Virus record (IMG/VR): IMGVR_UViG_3300035510_000379
Coordinates: 7,727-71,726 of that record
Reading direction: 5' to 3' (one strand)
From: a virus
Lineage: Duplodnaviria > Caudoviricetes
Length of the DNA stretch: 64,000 nucleotides
The position numbers and the translations under genes were made by a program. The notes beneath the pieces were generated by a model. That model was not told the origin of the DNA and did not search any database. It saw nothing but the letters and a program-made list of their open reading frames with translations. Positions within the stretch are counted from its first letter, which is position 1; each line of letters starts with the position of its first letter. Shown piece by piece: positions 1 through 10,374 of this stretch.

Positions 1-104
1 AAAAGAAAAGCAACAGCTTTTTAAATCGAATAAAAACTACATATCATAATTTACGAACTAAACTTGATGAATTTTCGTCTGTCGATATAAGCATTAATAA
101 AAAT

Positions 105-2213
105 ATGCGTCATTCTATTCCTACGTCTGAAAAAATAGTTAAGCGTAAAAATGAGCCGCAAAATATTATCGTTAAAGCAATAAGTTTTATGACTAACGCA
201 GGACTTAGCAGAGCAAACAGATTTTATCCATGCGAATACGATATAGACTTAATTAAAACGGCTATTAATACTGACAGCTATTTAAAAGTAGCAATTCAAA
301 AGAATACGCAGTTATTTTTTAAAGCAGGCTATACATTTCGTTCAGAAAATGATGAAGCGGCTAAATACATAGAGCGCAGATTCAGAATAATGGATTATTG
401 CACTGGACAGTCAGGCGATATTTTATGGAAGGGAATACAGCATGACTTAGAATGTTTCTCTAATGCTTTTTTAATTAAAAGCCGTGTAGATACAATACCT
501 TTCGTAAATGCTAAAGGCATAACTAATTCAGGTAAACCAGTAGGCGGCTATTTTAGAGTAGACCCGTCTACTATATCAGTTAAGTATGATGATAACGGAT
601 ACGTTACTAAATATAAGCAAAGGCTAATTAACGGCAAAGAAAAAGACTTCTCTCCAGAGGACGTCATTCATTTTGTTTACGATGCCGAAGCAGGCTCTAT
701 ATGGGGAACGCCTCGCATGGTAGCCTCTCTTGAAGATATTAAATTATTAAGGCACGTTGAAGGCTCTGTAATCTCTATGATGTACAGATTCGCGATGCCG
801 CTTATTCATTTAAAAGTAGGTACTCAGCAATTAAGCGGTTCTGATAAAGAAGTCCGTGATGCACAGCGTTCATTAGAAGGCTCGCCGCCAGATGGCATTT
901 ACGTTACGAATGAACGAAGTGAATTTAAAGCAGTAGCTTTAGACGGGGCAACATTAGACGCGTCAAGTTATTTGACTTACTTTGAAAATCGCGTATTCAG
1001 TGTTTTAAATATGTCGCAGGCTATGATGGGCAGGGGCGGCTCAAAACAAGACGCGGATTCAATGGAAGAACAAATGCACAATAAGATTAAGAACGACCAA
1101 AACTTATTTGCCGTGCAGTTTCGAAATGAAATAATAAATGAATTATTGTTAGAGGGCGGCTTTGACCCAATTTCTAACGAAAATGACGTAGTAAATTTTG
1201 TATTTAATGAAGTTAATACCGATACAAAGGTTAAATTAGAAAACCATGAACTTACTAAGTTTACGGCTAACTTAATCACGATAGACGAAGCAAGACATAA
1301 TATCGGCATAAAATCCGATAACTTAGACGAATCAAGACTTTACGCAAATATGATTCAGCAGAAGAATGAATTAGAACAGATAGAAGTGCAAAACGAAAAT
1401 GCAATAGCACTTGCTAAAATAAGTGCTGCTAATTCAGCCGATTCTTCTGATTCTTCATCGTCATATACTAAAAAGAATACAGGCAACGGAAAAACTACGC
1501 AGACTAAGACAGGCGGCACTAATGCAGCTAAGTCAAAAAATCAGCCGTCTAATCAGCACGGTACTTTCAGCGCAAAAGTTTCCGAAAGCTATCTGCATAA
1601 TACCGACAGCCTTGAAAGCCGCGTACTTCAAGAAAAAATCAAATTATTGTGTAATAGATATGACGACTTGTGTAATAAATTGTTAGAACGTGATGATGAA
1701 AATGCAATAAAATCATGCGTCAATGTGTATATGCAGGAATACTCAGATGTAGTCAATAACCTCGTTAAAAGCTATACTTATTATGGCTCAAAAGCGGCTG
1801 CTAATGATTTAGGCGAAACTTATCTAAACGAATATTCCCATATACCATACTCTTTAAATATTTATGTAGAAAATACTCTTAAACGATTATTCAGCGATAT
1901 AGCAGGCAAAGCTATTTCATATAATTCTGACTATATCAAGAAAGAATCTGCTATTAACAGCATGAAATACAGAGTACGTTTTTTATGTGATTATGCTGCT
2001 CACAAAGCATATTGGTATTCTTATTTAAAGACGGCGAATGATTTTGGCATAACAGAAGCAATCATACAAAGCAATAAAGACGGCAACCATTCACTTAAAG
2101 ACGGCACGGTTATTAAAACGAGCAATTTTTCTTTAGACGATATACCGAGCTTTAGTGCTAATTGCTCCTGCTCGGCAGTATTGCGTAGAAATACAGCGTC
2201 AAAAAATAAATAA
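105..2213 (+). CDS. Phage portal protein (probably 5'-truncated by the window edge) with C-terminal extension
   Basis: Portal-like segments (GYFRVDPSTI...Y.Q, F.PEDVIHF, IWGTPR, FENRVFSVL..SQAMMGRG) and first position before protease and capsid genes. The frame is open from base 3 to the ATG at 105 with no SD, so the true start is probably upstream. Confidence 0.8.
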   Translation: MRHSIPTSEKIVKRKNEPQNIIVKAISFMTNAGLSRANRFYPCEYDIDLIKTAINTDSYLKVAIQKNTQLFFKAGYTFRSENDEAAKYIERRFRIMDYCTGQSGDILWKGIQHDLECFSNAFLIKSRVDTIPFVNAKGITNSGKPVGGYFRVDPSTISVKYDDNGYVTKYKQRLINGKEKDFSPEDVIHFVYDAEAGSIWGTPRMVASLEDIKLLRHVEGSVISMMYRFAMPLIHLKVGTQQLSGSDKEVRDAQRSLEGSPPDGIYVTNERSEFKAVALDGATLDASSYLTYFENRVFSVLNMSQAMMGRGGSKQDADSMEEQMHNKIKNDQNLFAVQFRNEIINELLLEGGFDPISNENDVVNFVFNEVNTDTKVKLENHELTKFTANLITIDEARHNIGIKSDNLDESRLYANMIQQKNELEQIEVQNENAIALAKISAANSADSSDSSSSYTKKNTGNGKTTQTKTGGTNAAKSKNQPSNQHGTFSAKVSESYLHNTDSLESRVLQEKIKLLCNRYDDLCNKLLERDDENAIKSCVNVYMQEYSDVVNNLVKSYTYYGSKAAANDLGETYLNEYSHIPYSLNIYVENTLKRLFSDIAGKAISYNSDYIKKESAINSMKYRVRFLCDYAAHKAYWYSYLKTANDFGITEAIIQSNKDGNHSLKDGTVIKTSNFSLDDIPSFSANCSCSAVLRRNTASKNK

Positions 2214-2270
2214 CAAAATCACGCAAAAACAAGTTAAAAATCAAAAAATGAATTAGGTGATATATAAAAT

Positions 2271-3590
2271 ATGTCTTTGCTTTTAAGAGAGATATTAAAC
2301 TATAACATATCTGATTCATCTAAGTACACTCAAAATTTTAATTTTAAAGAAGCTGACGACAGCAGCAAAATATTTTCGCAGGAAAGCTATGGCGGCTTTT
2401 CTGACAATAATAGCGACAATATTATTGAAATCGAAGCTATGCACTTTGGCGTTGTTACTAAAAACTTTACGCGATACAAACGGTCGGCAGGACAAAATTC
2501 GCTTGAATCTTGGACTTATCCTTACCAAGCACCTGTAATTATGTACCATAATGATTACGATGGTGAAATGATAGGCAGAGTAGTTAAAAGCGAAATAAGA
2601 GAATCTACTATCGTAGACGGGCATGACTGTTTGGTTCTCAGCACTAAAACACCAGAGCCAGATAACTTCTTTAAAATAAAAAGCGGAGTTTATAAAACAG
2701 TAAGCGTTGGTGTCGAAGCAAGCGATGTCCGTTGCAGCATATGCGGCGCACAGCTTGCGGGAGAGGAACAAGAAGGTTGCGACCACATACGAGGTCGGGT
2801 ATATGACGACAAAGTATGCGTATGGGATATATATGCTTATGAAGCTGTCGAACTTTCTTATGTTATCGTACCGTCAGACCCATATGCACAAGTCATAAAT
2901 ATAAAAAATGACAGTGATATTAACTCAACTTATTCTAATCAATTCTTAACCAAAGTTACGGATTCGTTAGATAAAAAAGATGATAAAGATAAAGACTCTT
3001 TAACATTAAAAGAAGGAGCAAACTATACAGATATGGATTTAAAAGAACAGCTCGCAGATGTTCAAGGCAAGTTAAAAAATCTTGAACTTGAAAAAGATGT
3101 TTTAAAAGGCGATGTTGATAATCTGCAAGAAAGTTTAAACAAGGCTAATAAAGATAAATTGTCTTTGCAGCAGCAGGTTAAAGAATTAAAAAGCACTATT
3201 GATGCTAAAGAAGCAGAAGTAAATTCTGAAAAGCAGCTTAAAGAAGCGGCTGAAACAAAGATTGCTTCGTTGCAGCAGGAAGTAAAACTCTCGCTCACTG
3301 AATCGCTTTTCTCGCTTAGAAAACAGGCTAACAAAACGGAAATTCCTGTTGAAAAATTAAATGAACGCAGCATTGATTCTTTAAAGGATTCGATTAACGA
3401 TTTAAAAGAAGAAATCAAAGAAGCTGAAAAGAAAGCAGCTTTAGGTTCAGTTAAAAACCCTACGGTACAGGAAGAAAAGAAAGACCTTGACGAAAAGCTG
3501 ACAAAATTAAATGAAAGCACTAAAAATAAAAATGACGATGAAGTAGATTTAGACGAAATCGACATTGACGAAGAATTTTTAGAACTTTAA
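2271..3590 (+). CDS. Prohead protease fused to a coiled-coil scaffold
   Basis: PVIMYHN..GEMIGRV, YKTVSVG, CSICG...CDHIRG and ELSYVIVPSD resemble caudoviral prohead proteases; K/E-rich heptad C-terminal half with acidic tail; located between portal and capsid genes. Confidence 0.8.
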   Translation: MSLLLREILNYNISDSSKYTQNFNFKEADDSSKIFSQESYGGFSDNNSDNIIEIEAMHFGVVTKNFTRYKRSAGQNSLESWTYPYQAPVIMYHNDYDGEMIGRVVKSEIRESTIVDGHDCLVLSTKTPEPDNFFKIKSGVYKTVSVGVEASDVRCSICGAQLAGEEQEGCDHIRGRVYDDKVCVWDIYAYEAVELSYVIVPSDPYAQVINIKNDSDINSTYSNQFLTKVTDSLDKKDDKDKDSLTLKEGANYTDMDLKEQLADVQGKLKNLELEKDVLKGDVDNLQESLNKANKDKLSLQQQVKELKSTIDAKEAEVNSEKQLKEAAETKIASLQQEVKLSLTESLFSLRKQANKTEIPVEKLNERSIDSLKDSINDLKEEIKEAEKKAALGSVKNPTVQEEKKDLDEKLTKLNESTKNKNDDEVDLDEIDIDEEFLEL

Positions 3591-3684
3591 TTTGATTTTA
3601 TATAAATTTAAAAAACACTACATATTAAATAGCGAAAATTAATACATTTTCTTGACATACTAAAAAGGTGGTAGATTATTTCTC

Positions 3685-5316
3685 ATGGCTGTTTTCCCAA
3701 ATAGTTACGAAACCCAGCTAAGACCTACTAAGGGTATGCACGGAGAGAAATTCACGGCAGATTTGCCGGGTTATAATAATTCCGAACGCATTAACCGCAC
3801 AAATAATAGATTTAACGTAAGCGCGCATGACACGCTTAATCAGAAATATTTCTTAGACAAACGTCTTAAACCGCTCTTTACTTACGGCTTTGCTTTTGGC
3901 TACAATAGCATGGTAATTCCGAAAGGTCGTATTGTAGCGATAGACCCGTACCTTGACACGGTAGACTTCACTACTGATAACGCTTTTAATACTCTTACGC
4001 TTGCTAACGGCGGCGCAGCAGTTAAGTTAAGAAGTGCTGACGATAAGTACGGCGCAGCATCTCCGCTTGTTTCGGCAGAAGCAGCAGGTCAGCAGGCAGG
4101 TCTTGAAGGCAAAGAATGGACTCCGCTCGTTGGTTTGGACGTAGCTTATTCCGATGATATTCCTTGCTATAATGCTCTTACTACTTCAAGTGCGGCACAG
4201 CTTGCAGCTAAAGATTACGTTATCGACAGCAAGACTGGCTATGTAGCAACAGAAAGCGATGGCAACGTATCGGTTGATTTGACTGTTAGAGCAGGCAATA
4301 TTCCAGTCGGCATGATTGGTCGTAATGAATACACTCGTTTCCAAGAACAGGACGCTCTTGATGGAATGACTCCGGGTCCGATTATCACTGACAGCATTGT
4401 TGAACTTCCGTTCTTTGCATTTAAGGATAAAGCAGAAGCTAATCCTTGGGGTTCTATTTACGGTCAGATAAAAGTAGGCGACTTGCTTAAATCGGACGAA
4501 AACGGTCGCTTGACTGTATCGCCGCTTTCGATTGACGCAGCACTTGAAAAAATGACGCTTGCGCAGATTGAAAGAGAACGTCAGCAGGTTGTTGGTCAGT
4601 GCGTAAATTTGAGCCACGATATGATTCCAGAAGGCGGCAACCGTTGGGTAACTTGGGCATTGTCCGACCGTCTTAAATATGAAGGCTTTAATCCTACGCG
4701 TTATCGTCAGAATTTCCGTGACGGCGAAGATGTAATCAATTCGTCCGCTTACGGTTCGACTGGTCGTTATCCGGGCTATCCTGTTGAAGAAGCATATAAA
4801 GAACATGATTTGCATATGGTAAGCGGCGGTTCTTTAGATGGACTTTATGACCCGTTTATTAGCATTGCAGACCAGTTGGAATGGGGTATTCCGGGCTTAA
4901 CTGACGGCTTTAATGCAGTTGTGCGCGAATACACGAACAAGAAAGCTGCATATATCCGTCATCGCGGCGATACGCCAGAATACGTTAAGTGCTTTATCAA
5001 GATTAATCCTACGGGCAATCTTGAACCTAACGCTACACAGATTCGTATATATAATGACAACGGTTCTGACTTTGCTTACACGAACGTGGTTAAAGACGCT
5101 CTATTGGCAGACGGTGCATTTAAAGTAGCTTTCTTTAATGCAATACAGGGTATGCTCGTTCTTGAAGTCGCTGACAAAGATAAAGCTGATGCTCTGCTTG
5201 AAACCAATCCTATTATGATTGATATTAAATATAAGAAACGCGGTATGGCTGGCGTACCTACTTACATGGACTGGGACGGCTGCGTTGGCTCTGCAAAAAT
5301 CTTAATGCAGCGTTAA
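3685..5316 (+). CDS. Head structural protein (capsid decoration/stabilisation candidate)
   Basis: 543-aa ORF with AGGTGG SD directly upstream of the major capsid gene; frequent GGT/CGT/GCT codons like the capsid gene. Function inferred from position. Confidence 0.5.
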   Translation: MAVFPNSYETQLRPTKGMHGEKFTADLPGYNNSERINRTNNRFNVSAHDTLNQKYFLDKRLKPLFTYGFAFGYNSMVIPKGRIVAIDPYLDTVDFTTDNAFNTLTLANGGAAVKLRSADDKYGAASPLVSAEAAGQQAGLEGKEWTPLVGLDVAYSDDIPCYNALTTSSAAQLAAKDYVIDSKTGYVATESDGNVSVDLTVRAGNIPVGMIGRNEYTRFQEQDALDGMTPGPIITDSIVELPFFAFKDKAEANPWGSIYGQIKVGDLLKSDENGRLTVSPLSIDAALEKMTLAQIERERQQVVGQCVNLSHDMIPEGGNRWVTWALSDRLKYEGFNPTRYRQNFRDGEDVINSSAYGSTGRYPGYPVEEAYKEHDLHMVSGGSLDGLYDPFISIADQLEWGIPGLTDGFNAVVREYTNKKAAYIRHRGDTPEYVKCFIKINPTGNLEPNATQIRIYNDNGSDFAYTNVVKDALLADGAFKVAFFNAIQGMLVLEVADKDKADALLETNPIMIDIKYKKRGMAGVPTYMDWDGCVGSAKILMQR

Positions 5317-5338
5317 TTGAGCAGGAGGATTAGAACAG

Positions 5339-6622
5339 TTGTTTAGATTATCAGAAAAACTTGAAAAAGCTAATAATCTTGTCAAAAGACTAGAAGAAAA
5401 TGAAAAGATTGTTAGATACAATAGAAAAGCTGTTGCTGAAAACAAGCAGCAGAAAGAATTAAATAAAATCGGTATTAAAGCAGGCTTACAAGAAGCCAGA
5501 GCATATCAGACATTCTTGAACGTATTGTCTGGCAATACCGAAAAGAATCCGTTAGCTATCCAGTCGCTTCGTGAAATGACGGCATCGACTGATATAATTA
5601 ATATGATTCCTAAAATTATTCAGGGCGAAATGATTGAAGCGGCAGACCCAGAATATTTGGCTGCAAACTTCTTTACCAAGATTTCAGTTCCAGACGCTCA
5701 GTCGGTTGTCGTCATTGTGCCTATTATCGGCGAACTCTCTGTTAAGGAAGTGCAGGAAGGTTCGCGTTATGATGAAGATGCCGTTGACTACACGCTCTCC
5801 GAAAAAACTGGTATCGCCATTGACATTAAGAAATATGGTATAAAGGTATCAATTACAGAAGAAGCGATGATGAAGTCGACTTGGGATATTTATAACACGA
5901 ACGTTCGCAAAATCGGCAGAGCGTTTGCCCGTTTCAAGGAACAGCTTTGCATGAGCGAATTTTCTAAGCATGGTCATATCGTTTATGATAATGCTATTCG
6001 CAGTCAGACGCCTTCTATGGGTACTACTGGTCGCGCCGAAGATGGCTCGATGAACAACACTCTTTCGGTAGAAGATTTCTTAAACATTATGCTTACGGCT
6101 ATTGCGCATGACAAGCGTCCTACGGATTGCTTAATGCACCCTGCCGTATGGACTGTATTTGCGCGCAACGCTATGATTGGCGCAGGTCTTACTTGGGGCG
6201 CGCTCGGTGCTATGGACGTTCACCCGAACGGCGGTACGCAGGGTACTCCTGCCGCGTTTGGTTTACAGAACAACATGGGTCCGCAGAAGTTTATTATGAC
6301 GCCAGAACAGACGCAGAATAGACTTCCTATGCCTCTTACGATTAACTTCACGCCTTGGGTGCGCATGGATAAAGAAAACAAACTCTTTGATATGTATATC
6401 CTCGACAAGAGCAATATCGGCGTAATTGCGCAGCAGACAGAAATTACGATGGATAACTGGACTGACCCAGAACGCGATATTCGCTTTATTAAAGCAAAAG
6501 AAAGATACGGTGTCGGCATTAACGCAGATACTAACGGCATCATGGTTGCCCGTAATATCGCAGTTGCTCCAACGTATCCGAAACCGCCGCAGGTGGAAAT
6601 TATTACAGTAGAAAAAGAATAA
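5339..6622 (+). CDS. Major capsid protein (HK97-like)
   Basis: TTG start after AGGAGG; 427 aa; PKIIQGEMIEAA, KKYGIKVSITEEAMM, RKIGRAFARFKEQ, D.LMHP..W and KERYGVG fit HK97-fold capsids; followed by an 18-bp hairpin. Confidence 0.85.
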   Translation: MFRLSEKLEKANNLVKRLEENEKIVRYNRKAVAENKQQKELNKIGIKAGLQEARAYQTFLNVLSGNTEKNPLAIQSLREMTASTDIINMIPKIIQGEMIEAADPEYLAANFFTKISVPDAQSVVVIVPIIGELSVKEVQEGSRYDEDAVDYTLSEKTGIAIDIKKYGIKVSITEEAMMKSTWDIYNTNVRKIGRAFARFKEQLCMSEFSKHGHIVYDNAIRSQTPSMGTTGRAEDGSMNNTLSVEDFLNIMLTAIAHDKRPTDCLMHPAVWTVFARNAMIGAGLTWGALGAMDVHPNGGTQGTPAAFGLQNNMGPQKFIMTPEQTQNRLPMPLTINFTPWVRMDKENKLFDMYILDKSNIGVIAQQTEITMDNWTDPERDIRFIKAKERYGVGINADTNGIMVARNIAVAPTYPKPPQVEIITVEKE

Positions 6623-6661
6623 GGCATATATTCTTTTGTATATATAAAAATAAAATAAGAA

Positions 6662-6703
6662 AAATCAATAGCGGGTGGATTTGCTTCTACTCGCTATTGA
6701 TTT
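6662..6703 (+). terminator. 18-bp stem-loop after the capsid gene (terminator or processing site)
   Basis: aaatcaatagcgggtgga (6662-6679) pairs with tctactcgctattgattt (6686-6703), including two G-U pairs; 6-nt loop. Confidence 0.65.
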
Positions 6704-6730
6704 AATAGAAAGGATTTAAAAAAGAAACAT

Positions 6731-7411
6731 ATGGCAGAGAGAGAAGTTATCGCAGTTGTTGCCCTTTCGCAAGGACAAGTCGGCTATTATGACGAATACT
6801 CTAAGATTTATATGACGCAGGCTAATCCTGTGCATAATATATATGCAGGGACTAACTGTACTCAGATAAGACGGAGTATTAAGTCTGGCAGGCTTCGTTT
6901 AATAAGCGGCAGTTTGCAGCCAAAAAATAAAGAAAAATTGCTTAATACTTTTAAGCAGCAAAAGAAAAAAGAAGAAGAAAAAGCTAAAACCGTGGTAGAA
7001 AATATTACAGCTCCGCTCGTTAGCGAAACTATTGTGCCAGAACCGCAAAATATAAAAGAAGCGCAGGCAGAAGAAATTGTTAAAGATGTTGCTGTTGATA
7101 ATGCTGAACCTGAACAGGAGGAAGTAGAAGAAGAAAGTACTGAAGCTATTTCCGAAGAAGAATCGGCAGAATTAAAAACATTTAAAGTAAGTCCTGCTAA
7201 AGTAAATAAACTTGCTATTGATGCTGCTAAAAAGTTAAGCATTAAAAATATTGACGAAGAATACACGGCTAAATTCGTTTCTGAAAATGAAGAAGTAGCA
7301 ACAGTTGACGAAGAAGGCAATGTAACTGGCAAGGCGGCAGGCAATACTAATATAATTGTTTCAATAGAAGGGTACGAAGATAAAGTTGTCGCTGTATCTG
7401 TCGTAGAATAA
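6731..7411 (+). CDS. Virion protein with C-terminal Ig-like (Big_2-type) domain
   Basis: C-terminal FVSENEEVATVDEEGNVTGKAAGNTNIIVS is a Big_2-like pattern; acidic E-rich linker. Confidence 0.7.
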   Translation: MAEREVIAVVALSQGQVGYYDEYSKIYMTQANPVHNIYAGTNCTQIRRSIKSGRLRLISGSLQPKNKEKLLNTFKQQKKKEEEKAKTVVENITAPLVSETIVPEPQNIKEAQAEEIVKDVAVDNAEPEQEEVEEESTEAISEEESAELKTFKVSPAKVNKLAIDAAKKLSIKNIDEEYTAKFVSENEEVATVDEEGNVTGKAAGNTNIIVSIEGYEDKVVAVSVVE

Positions 7412-7421
7412 TACAAAAACT

Positions 7422-8204
7422 ATGTATCAGAAATTTACTGTTCTTGATATAAGAGTTGTAACAAATTCAAAACAAATAACAATAGAATTTAGTAACGATA
7501 TAAACGATACGACTATTGACGGCAGAAGTATTTATTTATATAGAAAAAGCAACGGTGATTCCGTTGCCTTGTCTTATATAGTTGACGGCAATACTGTAAT
7601 CGCTAATATCGTAGGCGATATTCTTTTTAACGAAGAATATGAAATAATCGTCAACACAAATGTCTTGAATATATACGATAGCTGCTTAGAATTAGTAACG
7701 CGAGAAACTGTTATATTCAGTAGCATTATAACCAATACAGTTAATATCGTATCTCCTGTAAAAGATGAAGTATTGGATAAATGCTTAATTAAATGGGAAG
7801 AAATCGCGTCCGAAAACAATTCTTTATTTAATAGCTATGAGGTAGAAGTATCTACTGATATAGGTTTTAAAAAGCTATTGTCGTCAGTTCATATAAAAGA
7901 CAAAAACGAAGTTATTTTAAAAATAGCGCATAAGTCATTACAGTATTTCGCGAGAGTAAGGGTTGTTGGCGATGATAACACTTACGGAAACTGGAGCAAT
8001 CATGTAGTTTTTGAATTAGACGATAACTATTTTGCAAAAAGTAATGATTCAGACGATGACGAGCCATTATTTGAACAGGACTATGAAATAATATCGCTGC
8101 CAGAACAAGGCATGACTTGCGACAGATTTATTATAGAATTTGAGTGCGATATTGACCCAGATTCAGTAGAAGATAATATTATCGTTACTAAAAGCAGAAT
8201 TTAA
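7422..8204 (+). CDS. Ig-like/Fn3-like beta-rich virion protein
   Basis: ITIEFSNDINDTTI...IYL (Ig-like), then YEVEVSTD..F and YFARVRVV...YGNWS (Fn3-like). Confidence 0.5.
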   Translation: MYQKFTVLDIRVVTNSKQITIEFSNDINDTTIDGRSIYLYRKSNGDSVALSYIVDGNTVIANIVGDILFNEEYEIIVNTNVLNIYDSCLELVTRETVIFSSIITNTVNIVSPVKDEVLDKCLIKWEEIASENNSLFNSYEVEVSTDIGFKKLLSSVHIKDKNEVILKIAHKSLQYFARVRVVGDDNTYGNWSNHVVFELDDNYFAKSNDSDDDEPLFEQDYEIISLPEQGMTCDRFIIEFECDIDPDSVEDNIIVTKSRI

Positions 8205-8211
8205 TTAATAT

Positions 8212-8877
8212 ATGAAACGCATACATTTTGATTACAAAGTATATGATAATTGCATTGAAATTATTCCAGAGGATAAAATTGAAGATAATTGCATATACGA
8301 AATACGAATAAAGAAAGCTAAGTCTTTAAACGGCAAGCACGTTTTAAGAGATTTTAAAACGGAAGTTACAACGGCTATGACGCCATGTTATGCTACGATT
8401 CCTGCCGTTAAAAATTTAATAGCTGATTTAGATATTCCAGATAAAGATATTCTGTTTTATATAAGAGAGGCATCAAGAGCGGCTGACCATATAAACGGCG
8501 CGCCTATAAGACCATGCAAAAATGGACGACCGCCATATGAAGTAGAAAAATACGTTGAAGCTAAAGCTACTCTAAATGCCTTATTAAAAGCCTATATTAA
8601 AAAATCCGATTCCTCTGGCATAGAAGGTACAGTAGGCGATATTAAATTTAAAAACGACAATACCATGTCGTCAATGAAAACAATGATAGACGTGTTTAAA
8701 AAAGACGTTACTAAATGGCAAGACGCTATAAGAGGACACGAATCTACGAACAGAAACATTATGGCTTCTGCTTTGAGAGGAAAATACACTATGCGTCCTA
8801 CGCCTGTTGAAGAAATCGTACCTGACTTCACTAGAAACGGCAATATGGGCATATACGGCTATCATTTTACTATATGA
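8212..8877 (+). CDS. Putative head-tail connector/neck protein
   Basis: Position after capsid accessory genes; Ig-like N-terminus then PCYAT...V..L and helical segment; inference only. Confidence 0.4.
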   Translation: MKRIHFDYKVYDNCIEIIPEDKIEDNCIYEIRIKKAKSLNGKHVLRDFKTEVTTAMTPCYATIPAVKNLIADLDIPDKDILFYIREASRAADHINGAPIRPCKNGRPPYEVEKYVEAKATLNALLKAYIKKSDSSGIEGTVGDIKFKNDNTMSSMKTMIDVFKKDVTKWQDAIRGHESTNRNIMASALRGKYTMRPTPVEEIVPDFTRNGNMGIYGYHFTI

Positions 8878-8903
8878 TTTAGAAAAGGACGCGGGATTTA
8901 TAT

Positions 8904-9356
8904 ATGTTGAATAAAAAAGCATTTGGACAAAATATAATATCCGTGCTTGAAACGCTATCCTTTCCTATTTATGTTATACATAAATACAGAGATTATTATT
9001 GTACTTGTGCTAATTTCTCTACTAAACAAGGCGATATTCATTGCAAAAAATGTTTAGGCTACGGCTTAAAAATAAAAATAGCTAAAACGCTTGCCAGTAT
9101 ACAGCCAAGTTCGCAGGGAAATACAATGCGTCTTGACCATATGCACAACTATAAAGCGTATATGAAATATCCGAATATGGATTTAGAAGTTGGAGATTCT
9201 ATTGTATTCGGTAATCACGCAGGTTATATTCAAGTACTAAAGCCATATTATTTAGAAGATTATACTCCGCTTTATTATGAATGTGCTATTGCTCCGATGA
9301 AGCAGGATACTAAAATCTTTTTAAAGAATTTCTATGAGGTAATTGACAATGATTAA
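8904..9356 (+). CDS. Putative head-closure/neck protein with Cys cluster
   Basis: CTC...CKKCLGYG possible Zn-binding motif; neck-region position. Confidence 0.4.
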   Translation: MLNKKAFGQNIISVLETLSFPIYVIHKYRDYYCTCANFSTKQGDIHCKKCLGYGLKIKIAKTLASIQPSSQGNTMRLDHMHNYKAYMKYPNMDLEVGDSIVFGNHAGYIQVLKPYYLEDYTPLYYECAIAPMKQDTKIFLKNFYEVIDND

Positions 9357-10368
9357 ATCAACTTTAAGCATAGACGAAGATAGGAGCATTGTCATTGTCG
9401 GCGTATGTACTTCTAATAAATATCTTTTAAATTTAGTAAAGCCAGAAACGACAAGCGAAGCCGAAGAAGTATTTGGCAACTGTGATGTCGTAGACGCTTT
9501 TAAAATTTTAAAAGATACTGACATAGATGATGTATGGATTATAAATTTAGAAAAACAATACGACTTTTTAAATATATGCTTAGAATTAAGCCTTTATAAT
9601 TTTACATACATATTGCCAGTGGGCATATATTTATCAGATGGCTTTTACGATGCCATGAATGACGGCAAGTACACTTATTACGGAAATTATTTATTAAATA
9701 AATTCAGAGAGAGCGCAAATTATTATACTAAAGCAATAATCAGCGACAAACCTGCTGATTTATATGAGGATATAGACAGTTTTTTGGACGAGATGTACAG
9801 TGTTAGAAATTCGTTTATCGCTAAAAAATATGAAACTAATTTATTAAATCAGATAATTTTCGTTAGTAATAATCTTAGTAGCAGTACATTAGCTAATGTT
9901 TATTTAGCTTCTATGCTGTGCAACGCTGAGTTTAATGAATATCCTACATCTGACGATTTGCCAGAGCCAGTGTTTGACATAGATACGACAGACAATATAT
10001 TTGACATGGCGTATTTCAAAAAACACTCTGACGGCACAATCACCGTGGAAAATTTATTAAATTTAGACACTTATACAGAACCGCTTAAAATAGAGTTTAT
10101 TAACAGAATAATCAATCATATATCGCTAAGTTTGCGCGATACAAAATATTTAGGCTGTTTTTATAATGAATATACGAAAAAGAACATCGAGCAGGAAACG
10201 GAAAATAAATTAAATAGCTTTATGAATTATCTCTTAGTAGATTTTAATATTAAAGACATTTACACAAAAGAAACTGCTCCTGCGACCGTTGACGTTTATT
10301 TAAAAATAGAATTGCAGCCAATAACGTGCGTAGAACGCATAACTTTAGATTTTAAGGTTGGTGATTAA
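9343..10368 (+). CDS. Short tail-sheath-like paralog
   Basis: N-terminal SIVIVG and C-terminal NRIINHI..YLG..VYLKIELQPITCVERITL echo the termini of the 11109 sheath protein. Confidence 0.5.
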   Translation: MTMIKSTLSIDEDRSIVIVGVCTSNKYLLNLVKPETTSEAEEVFGNCDVVDAFKILKDTDIDDVWIINLEKQYDFLNICLELSLYNFTYILPVGIYLSDGFYDAMNDGKYTYYGNYLLNKFRESANYYTKAIISDKPADLYEDIDSFLDEMYSVRNSFIAKKYETNLLNQIIFVSNNLSSSTLANVYLASMLCNAEFNEYPTSDDLPEPVFDIDTTDNIFDMAYFKKHSDGTITVENLLNLDTYTEPLKIEFINRIINHISLSLRDTKYLGCFYNEYTKKNIEQETENKLNSFMNYLLVDFNIKDIYTKETAPATVDVYLKIELQPITCVERITLDFKVGD

Positions 10369-10374
10369 TAAGCT

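Noticed and set aside
3652-3680. TTGACA upstream of the head protein gene as a sigma70 promoter
   Set aside because: No acceptable -10 at 16-18 bp, and it overlaps the SD region.
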